Of a stretch of 64,000 bases of DNA, positions 13,440 to 25,486 are shown one piece after another. The DNA lies in assembly GCA_013239625.1 (NCBI GenBank), contig MU054187.1, forward strand, positions 19,814,200-19,878,199, read 5' to 3'. This DNA is from Lama guanicoe. Taxonomy: Eukaryota. The notes under the pieces are model-generated. The model made no database searches. It was not told where the DNA came from and was given only the letters and a program-made list of their open reading frames with translations. The translations under genes and the position numbers were made by a program. Within the stretch, counting starts at the first letter, position 1. Every line of letters begins with the position of its first letter.

Positions 13440-13705
13440 GGGAGATTGTAGCACAGTACTGTAAAGAATCTTCACATCAGTAAAGGAAAGATTCTTGAAT
13501 TGATGTCTGGTTTGAAATTCTTATTCTGCCACTAACTAGTTATGTGATCTCGGGTAAATTACTCCTTTTTTCCTAGCCTCAGTTTCTTCATCCATAAAAT
13601 ACAGACAATGATAACAACCTTCCTGAATTGTTGAAAAGAGCTAATGAGGTAATTACATATATAAAGTACTTGGTGAAATTCTTGGAGCTAAGAATTCTAA
13701 TTAAA
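13440..13705 (+). mobile_element. MIR SINE, near full length
   Basis: TCTGCCACTAACTAGTTATGTGATCTCGGGTAAATTAC...GCCTCAGTTTCTTCATCCATAAAAT. Confidence 0.8.
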
Positions 13706-13873
13706 TTGTTTTTCCTTTCCATCAAATCTTTATTTAAATATATTACCTCAAAATGTAAGCCCTATTTTGGCCCTTACACATCTTGTTACAAAGTCCTGCT
13801 TGCTTACTAAATTTTCAGAAGAATAGCATTTCTTCTGAAATTATAGTTTAAATTAAATATATATGCACATGCA

Positions 13874-13875
<2 letters not shown>

Positions 13876-13908
<33 letters not shown>
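13876..13908. repeat. (TG)n microsatellite
   Basis: Directly visible. Confidence 0.95.
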
Positions 13909-13910
<2 letters not shown>

Positions 13911-15923
13911 TTGGAAGAATGTATTTTGATTTCCTGACTTTAAAAATCCACACACCTGGTGTTGTCATTTTTTTTTAAACTTCCTTTTAATTGCTCTCTT
14001 TGACCATATAACAATCGTTTCTTGATCCATTTGTGTCTTACAAAGTGTATTTTAACGGTGCTATATCATACTAATCCTGAGAAAAACTACAGTTTTCCTA
14101 TATATTGTTTTCAGTGCAGATGTACTACCTTAAGGAAATATGTTTAAAAACCTGGAGTTTCTACCTGTTAATGTAAAATGGTCCCAAGAAAAAGATAAAG
14201 GACAAAATTAAAAATTTACAATTATACTATAACCCTTGATTGTGTTTCCAGGAGTTGCCTAGCCCGGATGAAATCATTTGGTTTATAATGAGTTTTAGAA
14301 GAAATGAAGAGAATGGAGGTATTGGAAAAAGAAATATGTCTCTTAATTGAAGAGAGACTATGATTGTTTCTTTGCAATCTAAATCAAATTGTTATGACAG
14401 TGGTTTCAAGCAATTGAAAAGAGGAATTATTCTCTGGAAATAATGACTTCATTATATAACCTAAAAAATATAAGCTAAAAAAACTTTTAGTTATCTTTCT
14501 GCTGAAATAAATGATTTAAAAATGAAAATATTGTTATTCTTGTTCCTCTGTAGAATTTAGTTTTTCTCAGAATAATATATAAGCATTGGAAGGCAGGTGT
14601 CTGATTCTATACTGGAATTTTTATTTGGGCCACTAGGAGATGTAAACTACCTGGGTAAAGGAAATGGAGCTATATATGTGCCATATATACATGTATATAT
14701 GTACACATTCAAAGGTATATAAAACGTTTATGAGTTTAATTGATTTCATAGAAGTTTCAAGAAGTTAATTTTTAAATTTGCTCTTTGAGGTGAATATAAT
14801 TTACATTTTCAAGAATATAATTTGCATCTTTATGTTATACATACAAACACATAAATAATCCAAGTACATGAAAAAAAAAACTACATTGGATGTAGGATGC
14901 CCCAAATACTGATTTTTACAAAAGAAGTGTGATAAATTCACTTTCCTCACATTCTGAGAGAAAGAATACTTTTAAGTATTTATTTTCTACATTTGAGGGA
15001 AAGTGATCTCCCCAAACTCCATTGCTCACTAGATTTTTAATAATGTGAAGTACTACCCAGTTTCAGCCTTAAGAACAAATACTAATTGTCCAAATCCAGA
15101 TGTTAGAAATAATTACTAAAGCCTTCAGTCATTTTCCTTTTCCCATTTACTGGTACATGGACCATGCAAATCATTATTCAGGCATAGCCCTTAAACTCTT
15201 GGAGTCTTGATTGGGTTCTCACATTTTGGAAACTGGGAAATTTGGTAAAGCAATGTAATAATACTTATCTGCCTGTCTGTGTATCTATTCATTTATCTAA
15301 TTAATCTCTCTGTCTGTCTACCCTACGAATGTATCTGTCCATCTCTCACCAGCTTATCTACACTACATGTTATTAGGTGTATTACTCTTTCTTCTATTAA
15401 ACATGCACTGTCTTCTTCTGTATATATAGTTACATATATAGTAGTTAGTTACATTTCTTTTTTTCCCCCATTTTTGTATAACAATAGATTGACTTTTAGA
15501 ATCTAGGCATTTGGAAGCAAATCTTCATAGAATCACACTCTTGGAGAGTTGTAATTGTTTGAAAATTCTTCCTTGTTTTGAATTGAATCTTCTGTCCATT
15601 GGGCTCACTTCTAGTAATGAGCAGCATGCCCAATCTTTCCTGAAACACTGATCTTGTTTCGTAGTTCGACTGTTCCTTTCTCCTTTCATCTTCAGCTTAA
15701 TCCTCTCCTACAGGCTGTCACACTCAGCTTTGGGACTTTGTTTTAGATACATACCTCTAGACAAGAAATGTTTGTACATACAACTATATGTATGTACCCC
15801 CTCTCCCTGGTTACTTTCTTTTTCTGAATTCTGATTGCTAATCTATTATCCATAAATCTCAGTTGCAAACAGTCCTGAAAAAGGTCACCTATGTTCATAC
15901 CAATGTGAAGAGTTAAGGGCAGT

Positions 15924-16493
15924 TGTTACAGAACTCAGGTCCAGTTGCTTGCCACTAGAAGATCAACACCTGAGAAGCAAGTGTTGCTAGAAAGGAAAGT
16001 TGCTTTTAATTAGAATGCCAGCAATCTGGGGAGATGGTGGACTCATTGTTCCCAAAAACCAACTCCAGAAATTCTGCTTGGCCATGAAAGTTTTAAAGGG
16101 AAAAGGGAAAGTAATCTCAGTTAATTATTGAGATGGGGGTCAGAGTCATCGTCATCTCCCACTGTGTGCAGGCTTGTTGACTTCCTATGGTCTTTCCTAG
16201 ATACCATCTTATTCATACAGTTTGTTCATGAGATTACTGAAGGGGAAGCTAGGGAGGAGATCTGGTCATCTGTTAATTATTTATTCTTCATTTCTACTTC
16301 TTTGATCTACGGAAAGAACCAACAGGTTAGGCAAGGTATTGTATGAATAGAAGATTCAAAAGGAGTGCTAGGGCCAGAAATGAGTAGAGCGTGGGGGTGT
16401 CTGATATAAAAGTAGTTACAGTGTAGCTTTTCTTAAATTGACAAGAAAAGGGGTTTCTTGCTGAGGATGGTTTCCTGCAAAGAGCTGCTTACA
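15924..16493 (-). mobile_element. ERV1-class solo LTR, probably lineage-specific
   Basis: About 570 bp with TGT...ACA termini. On the minus strand a TATA-like CCCTTTAAAA (~16091-16100) precedes ATTAAA (16005-16010). No clean TSD seen. Confidence 0.7.
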
Positions 16494-16779
16494 TAACAAA
16501 TGTAATAAATTTGAGATTATAAACTAGTGTGATTAAAAAAACCTCGTAAGTCGAATTTTGATTCCTTCTGTATGCTACTCTCAAAGATAAATCTTCTGAA
16601 AATAAGGCTTACTCAAATCAGTATCTCAAAATGATACCATGTACAGAATGAAGTCTGAATGCTGTATCGAGGCACCGCAGACCCTTTAATCCAGTTTGCC
16701 AACTTTATCTATAGCTATTCTCTCATTAAAAACTTTAGTAAAATAAATCTGCATATTATTCTTGGATAAACAGTGTATT

Positions 16780-16985
16780 TCGAAAGGCCAGTCTGTTTGT
16801 GTTTAATTCCTGCTCTGCTGCCTTCTCACTGTATAGCTTGGGTAAATTAATTAAGTTCTCTGTGCCTCACTAAAAAGGAACGAATAATAGTATCTACTAC
16901 ATGGGGTTATCATGATGAGTAAAAGTGTTCTTACACGTGAAAATCACAGAAAATCATACATGACACATGGGAAGAATTCAATATA
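16780..16985 (+). mobile_element. MIR SINE
   Basis: CTTGGGTAAATTAATTAAGTTCTCTGTGCCTCA...AATAATAGTATCTACTACATGGGGTT. Confidence 0.75.
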
Positions 16986-17231
16986 TATCAGCAAAAAATG
17001 ACACATATGCTTCATTGAGTTTATTTTCACATACCATTTCTTTTTCCTATAAAATCATTACTTCTTTCTCTTTATTGAAACCCTCCCTTCCTTCAGGACA
17101 CATTTCAGATCTGATCTCCATCCTTCAATGATGTCTCCCCTTCTGAAGTTGTGTGTTTTTTTCTTTTTTTCTTTTTTCTTCTTCTCCCCACCTCTTTTTT
17201 TTTTTCTTCTGTCACTGACACAGTGCTTAGT

Positions 17232-17364
17232 TTGGGTAACCAAATTATTTATTGTTCAAGTTGGGACTTATTTTTATAGTGACAATGAGTACTGTTGATT
17301 ATGCCACTGGGATAACTGGCATAAATTGGGACTGACCTAGGCAAAGAGACAGATGGATACCCTA
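17232..17364. mobile_element. hAT-Blackjack MITE (MER94-like)
   Basis: About 133 bp with degenerate terminal inverted repeats TTGGGTAACCA / TGGATACCCTA and internal GGGAC motifs. Confidence 0.6.
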
Positions 17365-20300
17365 TCAAGAGGGGAGTCTTAAGTTATCAAATCTGTTATT
17401 AGCAAATCACAGCAAACTTTGTACGCAAATTGTTGTGGCAGTTCTCCCATCAACTTACATGTCAGGAAATGAGATCCATTAAAATGAACCTCAGCTATTT
17501 CTGGCCATTCCCAGAGTACTGCATCTCATCTGTTCAGGCACAAAGCCCTCAGGTTCTACTGCTCAGTCTTCTTTGATCCTAGTGTTTCTTCTGCCTTCCT
17601 GACCACTGATCCTTAGGAGATAACCACTCCATCAGTGTCCCACCGCACTGACTCCCTACATTACCCCTCCCCACCCGCACATCCCTCTCCAGGCTCTGGA
17701 GAGGGGGAACTGCTCTCACTTGTATCATTCCTTCCCACAATGCACACGCAACACAACTGAGACCATGATAATCCTTGTCTAGGCACCATGGATAAAAGAA
17801 AGGAGTTGAGAAGTTCAAGTTAGAAAATTCCTAACAACCACTGTTTAAACCTGTGCTCACACTTGTGGTCACTTATAAGCCCATTCTTTTCCCTTTTTTC
17901 AGCCTGTCTTCTCTGACCAGGGACAGCTCAAGCCCCACTATTAGAACCACTCCAGAATTCTCAGTCATCTTCATGCGTCAAATGTCTCTACCCAGAAAAG
18001 AGACAAGTTTCTTTTATACCCAGGTTCTCCCACACCCACCCTTTCCACTCCAGCCCTCTGGTTTAACATCTTTTAGGATGATTGGCAATAGGAAAGTCCC
18101 TTTCTGGGGAAACCACCCCAATCCTAAAGGATGTGGTCTGGTTCTGTTCTCCTGTTAAGATAATCCTAATAGCCTGACATTGTTATTTCCCTAAAATGAG
18201 GATATTTAGTTTTATTCATTATCACCTGTTATATAGCATCTGCTACTTTGCTATGTTGTCTTTTCATAAATATGTTCTGCATCCATAACTTGATTGTGTG
18301 TTCCTTGGGAGCAAGTATTTCCTTTGCCTAGCAAAGTTCCTGACATAGCAGTGGTGCTCAGTGAAAGTCTGTGGTTGATGAGTGTGGGTGATGTGGTAAC
18401 ACAGAACACTCCTAATTTATGAAATACCCATTCCTTACTCCAATATCGTTTCCTTCTTTCAGAAGTAGTTCATGTGTAGAACAACTTTCCATGAATTTCT
18501 GGGTTCTCTTGGTGGAACCATGTTGCCTCCTGGTCTACTCAGTGCATTCTCCTGGTCCATGCTTCTTATGTTGTGACGTCACTTCCTTTCTGGGACAAGT
18601 TAGTCTTGTATTCTTGAGATCAAGCACAGGCCAGCTCAAACCTTGGTGAAGGGTTTGTTCAGGAAGTGAAATCCACAAGAGATATGTGCCATAAAATCAC
18701 CAATATTAATGCTGGGCTCATGGAGGAGATTTGTGTTAGGAAATGTCCCCACCAGCACTATCTTTTTCTGAACAGATCTGTCAGTAGAACCTCAGGGGTC
18801 TGCTCTGGCATCTCTTCAATTGTTTAATACAAATATTCCTCTCAAGTATACATTTTCCTCTTTTCAACTCTTACAGTTTTCACATAATAATATATCTTTG
18901 TCAACCAAGACGTTCTATCTGTGCTCCATTGGATATCAAACATGACACAAAGCAAGGAAGGTCTTACTCTTTTATCAGTGCAATGTTTTTTTCTATCTTT
19001 TGCGCTGACCTGGTGTCAGCAGCTATTTTGCTAGAGACCATCATCAGTACTTACAGTTAACCGCAGAGATGTATACTCAGATTTTGACCTTTGTTCTACA
19101 CACTGAGGACAAAGAAGAAGGAACAAAACTGATAGTTTATCTGAATAGAAAATGATGGAAGAGTCAGGAAAGGTATCAGTAAACGAAAAATTCTACCAAT
19201 TATTATAATTTGGTTTTATGGTGGTTTGTAAGATTTGCATATTCATTTCAGCCAAATAAATTGAACTCTTCCAAACAATGGAAGATCTGTTATTTTTATT
19301 ATTTCACTTACTGCTATACAGTTTAATGCTTTGCATTTTTGCTGGGTATTATAGCATCTACCTGGCTTGTAAACAAATAATAAAATTACAATTTAGTCTT
19401 TGGTAGTAGGTTCATAATATTAATTATCTTATACTTTATGCAGTGTGCAGTAAACTCAGGGACATTATATTGGCAAACTATGGAATCTGGTCTGAGAAAC
19501 TATAAACTTAGCATTTGCTGGAAATCAGTGAGGGGGACAAATAAATGCTACCTCTCTTCCTCAAGGAGCAAGGCAAATGGAAGTCCAAATATTAGCTCTA
19601 TTTTTCATAAAGCTAATATTTCAGACGAATTTCCTTACCAAGTCATAAGTGTCTGGATTAAGGCAGCCTGCTGCACGTACACCACAAACCAAAGGGTGGG
19701 AATCTGGCTGGAGCCTGATGGATTGCCCGCTTGCTGTAGACAGGGCCTTCCTAAGAGAATGGATAACCTAGAGGAAAGGGTTTTCATAACCCATGTTCTC
19801 CTTCTGGACTCAAGTCATTTAGGGGATGGTGAATGAGGAAGTAGAGAGAGGCCAGGAGTGTTTTACTGATAAGATTCCCTCTGCATCAAAGGAAACATCA
19901 GAAGTGGACATTAAGCAACTGTCACCATGAAAATTTCCTGGGCTTTTGAACTTTAACCCATTTGGCTTAACTATTAAGTCTTTGGACAACCAAAGTTATA
20001 ACCATCCCACTGAGAAAGGGGAGCAGGGGTCTTTCAGGATGACTCTTCCCCTGAGGCTGCTCTGCAAGTTTCCTAGTCCCTGTTCCATTGAGTACCTACC
20101 GGAAACACTAGTAGGCGGTATAGATTTTACACCCAAAAGGCTCTAAAATAGATCATAACAGTAATCAGTGAAATTAACTCCTCCAAGGCCACTCTGCATT
20201 CAAGGCTGAAGTTCCCTTGTGTGTTACTTATACTGTATGTCCAGAATGGCCTATCAGAGGTTCTTCAGAGAGAGCAAATGACAAGTCACAAAATACAATC

Positions 20301-20504
20301 CTCTCCTTACTATCAGCTTCCCAAGGAGAAACGAAAGTTGTAAAGTTAATTCTCCTTTCAAGTTATATCCATCAAGTTCTGGTAGGAAGCAGATGGTACG
20401 CTCAAACTGGGCAATTGAGAATTAATAAAAGGACTGTTCACGCCAGTGAAAACAGAGTATAGGGAAATCAAGAAGGATGGGCAATATTCTGGGTTATCAA
20501 GAGG

Positions 20505-20764
20505 NNNNNNNNNNNNNNNNNNNNNNNNNNNNNNNNNNNNNNNNNNNNNNNNNNNNNNNNNNNNNNNNNNNNNNNNNNNNNNNNNNNNNNNNNNNNNNNN
20601 NNNNNNNNNNNNNNNNNNNNNNNNNNNNNNNNNNNNNNNNNNNNNNNNNNNNNNNNNNNNNNNNNNNNNNNNNNNNNNNNNNNNNNNNNNNNNNNNNNNN
20701 NNNNNNNNNNNNNNNNNNNNNNNNNNNNNNNNNNNNNNNNNNNNNNNNNNNNNNNNNNNNNNNN
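20505..20764. other. Assembly gap (260 N)
   Basis: Run of N. Confidence 1.
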
Positions 20765-21444
20765 GAGTGAATTTCAGTGCCTGGCAGAGTTGGATTTCTT
20801 TTAAAAGCTGCAGGCTGGGCTGTCTTCTCCTGAAATAGGTGTAGATCCTTCAGGGCCTCAGAAGTTGTATTAGCTTAATGCCACATGTTTTGTGAGCTAC
20901 GCTTTTATTTGTTTATTTAGGTTTTTTGTTTTTTTTTCCCCCCTTTTGTACTGTTTAGTCTTTCTGTGAGCTACACTTTTAAACTGACCACAGAGACCAA
21001 GGACACATCAGATTGTATCAGCTTTAGGCGCAAATTCTCAAATGACCCACCCAATCCCTAGTCCCAAGAGCCATTAAATGAGGCAAGATAACATTTCCAG
21101 AATCCAGAACCCAGTATCTAGTCTAACCAAATACTGGTTGTCAAAGACCACAATGTAGGCGCAAAGATATTTAAATGAAGACGCTCAGAGAAAATATTCT
21201 TGATCTAGCCTTGGTATTATGCCAGGCAGTCCATTCCAGTTGGTCCAGAATTCATAAACTCAAATGGGAGAAATCAGTAAGAGCTTAACTTTTCCTTTAT
21301 GCATATATGGGGGAAAAATCCACCTGTGCACAAAGTCCTCTTCCAGATCATGCATTTGAGACAAGGCTGCTGTTTTTCAAAATTTAGAAATTTTTTTAAT
21401 GGTGGAAGCTCCATACGGAAAATCTTACTTGAGGAGACATTCTC

Positions 21445-21648
21445 TTTTATTTTCTATTTATTTATTTTTAAGCTTTTTTTGGGGGGGAGTGAGTCATTAG
21501 TTTTATTTATTTTTATTTATTTACTTTTTTTGGTGGAGGGAGGTAATTACATTTATTTATTTTTTTTTTAATGGAGGTACTGGGGATTGAAGTCAGGACC
21601 TCATGCTTGCTAAGCACACACTCTATCACTGTGCTATACCCTCTTCCC
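21445..21648 (-). mobile_element. Camelid tRNA-derived SINE (Vic-1-like), copy in duplication unit 1
   Basis: Minus strand reads GGGAAGAGGGTATAGCACAGTGATAGAG (A box)...GACTTCAATCCCCAGTACCTCC (B box), then an A-rich tail carrying the AATTACCTCCC-like motif twice. Imperfect TSD GAGACATTCTCTTTT / GAGACCCTCTTTT. Confidence 0.85.
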
Positions 21649-22486
21649 ACAAAGAGACCCTCTTTTCCATCCCGTGTACAAAGTCTCTTACTTTTGCATT
21701 TCTTCTTTGGACTGGGATAGAAAATCTGACATTGAAAATCTAAACTTAGAAACTTACTAGTGTAGTGTAGCACAGGTAAAACTCGGGAAGAGCATACGTG
21801 AAATCCCTTCAACATAATAGAAACAAATATTCTGTCTCCTGTCTGATTTTAGGAACTCTGTATAAAAAGACTGCTTCCTGTGGTTGAATTTTGCCTCAGC
21901 CACACCTGCTTAAGGAAGCTGCAGCAGAATCCCGCCTCCCGAGCCTACCAGGTTAGCTCTTGATCCATTCTTTGAGGAGGCCCACAACCCTGCATTCCGT
22001 ATGGCTATCATCCTGTTAAGCCTGGTGTATGTGGCATTGTCCCCCTAAAAAAGCCTGTTTAAGTGGTGATCACCAGCAAGTGAAAAAATACCATGGGGCT
22101 TAAGGCTTAAGTCTTTCAAGCCAGGGCAGAAAAAAACCCAGTTGCATAATTATAAACTTCAAGAGAGTCTGATAATGTTTCCACACATGGTCAAAGTAAA
22201 AAAAACTGAAACCGTGAATCGTAGCTCCCCCAGAAGCCTCAGTCATGCCTGGTGTGTCAGTCCCGAAATATGAATTCTCCCTTCTGTTACAAAGATCCTG
22301 GCCCCATGTAGCAGATACTGATACTGATGCTCCCTCAAAAATAAGCATAGTCCTCCTTACCCACCACAGAGTAAATCTTATGTCCGGACCTGGAGCAGTA
22401 AGGAGTATAATCTTCTGTAGGGCATTTGGTTCCCGAGAGAAAGGAGAGGGGAAGGAGCCAGATAACACGCGCTCAGTTTCTCTTTC

Positions 22487-22734
22487 TGTGGCAACCAGGA
22501 AAATGCACGGCTTGCATCTTCTGCAGCAGGGAATGTAATTGACTGACTGCCCCAGTTGCTGCCCTTCTGAAGCCAACTCTGCTATTGCTCTGAAGCATCT
22601 GGGGTTGCTCCTATACAGTGACCAAACATGGCTTGGGGACAGGTGCCAGCCCATTCCTCAAACTTTTTGAATGGGCAGCCTAGGTGTGAGGTCCTCATTG
22701 GCCTTGCCAAACCTCTCAGAATGGTACCACAGTC
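22487..22734 (+). mobile_element. Truncated ERVL LTR (LTR33-like), cut by the duplication breakpoint
   Basis: Near-identical to 24590-24837 but lacks the 3' part containing AATAAA. Confidence 0.7.
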
Positions 22735-23547
22735 AGTTTAAGAAAGAGGGCGAAGAAAATAAAGTCTAAAATCAAATTCTGTTGCCCTTGTGTTGTAAAA
22801 TGCCAAAGAAAGTTAAGTCTCCAATCCATTCTGTTTAACTTAATATTCTGCTCAGTCTCAGCGAGAGTGAATTTCTCAGTGCCTGGCAGAGTTGGATTTC
22901 TTTTAAAAGCTGCAGGCTGGGCTGTCTTCTCCTGAAATAGGTGTAGATCCTTCAGGGCCTCAGAAGTTGTATTAGCTTAATGCCACATGTTTTGTGAGCT
23001 ACGCTTTTATTTGTTTATTTAGGTTTTTTGTTTTTTTTTCCCCCCTTTTGTACTGTTTAGTCTTTCTGTGAGCTACACTTTTAAACTGACCAAAGAGACA
23101 AAGGACACATCAGATTGTATCAGCTTTAGGCGCAAATTCTCAAATGACCCACCCAATCCCTAGTCCCAAGAGCCATTAAATGAGGCAAGATAACATTTCC
23201 AGAATCCAGAACCCAGTATCTAGTCTAACCAAATACTGGTTGTCAAAGACCACAATGTAGGCGCAAAGATATTTAAATGAAGACGCTCAGAGAAAATATT
23301 CTTGATCTAGCCTTGGTATTATGCCAGGCAGTCCATTCCAGTTGGTCCAGAATTCATAAACTCAAATGGGAGAAATCAGTAAGAGCTTAATTTTTCCTTT
23401 ATGCATATATGGGGGAAAAAATCCACCTGTGCACAAAGTCCTCTTCCAGATCATGCATTTGAGACAAGGCTGCTGTTTTTCAAAATTTAGAAATTTTTTT
23501 AATGGTGGAAGCTCCATACGGAAAATCTTATTTGAGGAGACATTCTC

Positions 23548-23751
23548 TTTTATTTTCTATTTATTTATTTTTAAGCTTTTTTTGGGGGGGAGTGAGTCAT
23601 TAGTTTTATTTATTTTTATTTATTTACTTTTTTTGGTGGAGGGAGGTAATTACATTTATTTATTTTTTTTTTAATGGAGGTACTGGGGATTGAAGTCAGG
23701 ACCTCATGCTTGCTAAGCACACACTCTATCACTGTGCTATACCCTCTTCCC
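23548..23751 (-). mobile_element. Camelid tRNA-derived SINE (Vic-1-like), copy in duplication unit 2
   Basis: Duplicate of 21445-21648. Confidence 0.85.
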
Positions 23752-24589
23752 ACAAAGAGACCCTCTTTTCCATCCCGTGTACAAAGTCTCTTACTTTTGC
23801 ATTTCTTCTTTGGACTGGGATAGAAAATCTGACATTGAAAATCTAAACTTAGAAACTTACTAGTGTAGTGTAGCACAGGTAAAACTCGGGAAGAGCATAC
23901 GTGAAATCCCTTCAACATAATAGAAACAAATATTCTGTCTCCTGTCTGATTTTAGGAACTCTGTATAAAAAGACTGCTTCCTGTGGTTGAATTTTGCCTC
24001 AGCCACACCTGCTTAAGGAAGCTGCAGCAGAATCCCGCCTCCCGAGCCTACCAGGTTAGCTCTTGATCCATTCTTTGAGGAGGCCCACAACCCTGCATTC
24101 CGTATGGCTATCATCCTGTTAATCCTGGTGCATGTGGCATTGTCCCCCTAAAAAAGCCTGTTTAAGTGGTGATCACCAGCAAGTGAAAAAATACCATGGG
24201 GCTTAAGGCTTAAGTCTTTCAAGCCAGGGCAGAAAAAGACCCAGCTGCATAATTATAAACTTCAAGAGAGTCTGATAATGTTTCCACACATGGTCAAAGT
24301 AAAAAAAACTGAAACCATGAATCGTAGCTCCCCCAGAAGCCTCAGTCATGCCTGGTGTTTCAGTCCCGAAATATAAATTCTCCCTTCTGTTACAAAGATC
24401 CTGGCCCCATGTAGCAGATACTGATACTGATGCTCCCTCAAAAATAAGCATAGTCCTCCTTACCCACCACAGAGTAAATCTTATGTCCGGACCTGGAGCA
24501 GTAAGGAGTATAATCTTCTGTAGGGCATTTGGTTCCCGAGAGAAAGGAGAGGGGAAGGAGCCAGATAACACGCGCTCAGTTTCTCTTTC

Positions 24590-25010
24590 TGTGGCAACCA
24601 GGAAAATGCACGGCTTGCATCTTCTGCAGCAGGGAATGTAATTGACTGACTGCCCCAGTTGCTGCCCTTCTGAAGCCAACTCTGCTATTGCTCTGAAGCA
24701 TCTGGGGTTGCTCCTATACAGTGACCAAACATGACTTGGGGACAGGTGCCAGCCCATTCCTCAGACTTTTTGAATGGGCAGCCTAGGTGTGAGGTCCTCA
24801 TTGGCCTTGCCAAACCTCTCAGAATGGCACCACAGTCTGAGACTTTTACTGAGTCTCCTTAGCAGATACCAGACCTGCATCGCATTGTGAAGGCTCTCGC
24901 CTCCCTTCCTTGGCCCCCTTCCCCTCATCCTTCATAGGCATTTCTCCCAATAAACCTCTCACATGTCTAATCCCATTTTGCATCTGCTTCATGGAGGACT
25001 TGAACTAACA
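24590..25010 (+). mobile_element. ERVL solo LTR (LTR33-like), complete
   Basis: Starts TGTGGCAACCAGG, has AATAAA at 24949-24954, and ends GTCTAATCCCATTTTGCATCTGCTTCATGGAGGACTTGAACTAACA as in the recalled LTR33 consensus. Confidence 0.75.
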
Positions 25011-25433
25011 TACCTTACAAACTCATCAACTTGATGGGTAATTCTGCCCATCTCCCCTAGACTGAGTGAAGGCAAGGATGAGAGTGTGAAGCTGAAAAAA
25101 AAATATCCTTCCACATGGAGTACGATATCAGGATTGGAAAATAAGCTGCAAGCCTTATGGTTTCATTACTAGAAGTTAGGGAAACTAGACTGTATCCAGT
25201 CTTAGTCTGTTTCAAATATGTCCACATCAAAGTATGTCAGTGGAGTTGCACAGTTGCCAGGAGCAGAATATTGAGCTTTTCATTGTGATGAGAAAATATA
25301 ACTGGTTAATTTAACTAATTGAATAAAAATTAATCAGTTATTTAGTTTTTAAATTTCAAACTTTGAGTAATTGCTCTTGTGTCTTACACATGCTATGACC
25401 TCCTGATTCTTTTTAGTGCATTTCTATTTGGTT

Positions 25434-25486
25434 AAAATTGTCAGCATCCAAACCAACTATACTTAAAAAAAATTGTCAGCATCCAA
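25434..25486 (+). mobile_element. Ultra-short L1 3'-terminal insertion (~17 nt) with an 18-bp TSD
   Basis: AAAATTGTCAGCATCCAA at 25434-25451 and 25469-25486 flanks ACCAACTATACTTAAAA, matching L1 ends elsewhere in the window (AACTATACTTCAA near 42654). Confidence 0.8.

Larger units (their letters stand above)
20765..24837. repeat. Tandem duplication, unit ~2103 bp (copy 1 from inside the gap to 22734; copy 2 22735-24837)
   Basis: 20765-22734 aligns to 22865-24837 at offset 2100-2103. About 14 substitutions and 2 small indels were counted by eye. The ORF track shows duplicated ORFs at offset 2103. Confidence 0.97.

Noticed and set aside
20446..20838. ORFs spanning the N run
   Set aside because: Artefacts of translating through the assembly gap.
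21560..21648. tRNA gene (A and B boxes visible; also at ~23700 and ~40550)
   Set aside because: These are tRNA-derived SINE heads with A-rich tails, TSDs and degenerate stems.
22100..24757. Duplicated 184-aa minus-strand and 97-aa plus-strand ORFs as a tandem gene pair
   Set aside because: No recognisable domain; they partly overlap an LTR33-like element, and their repetition is explained by the recent duplication.
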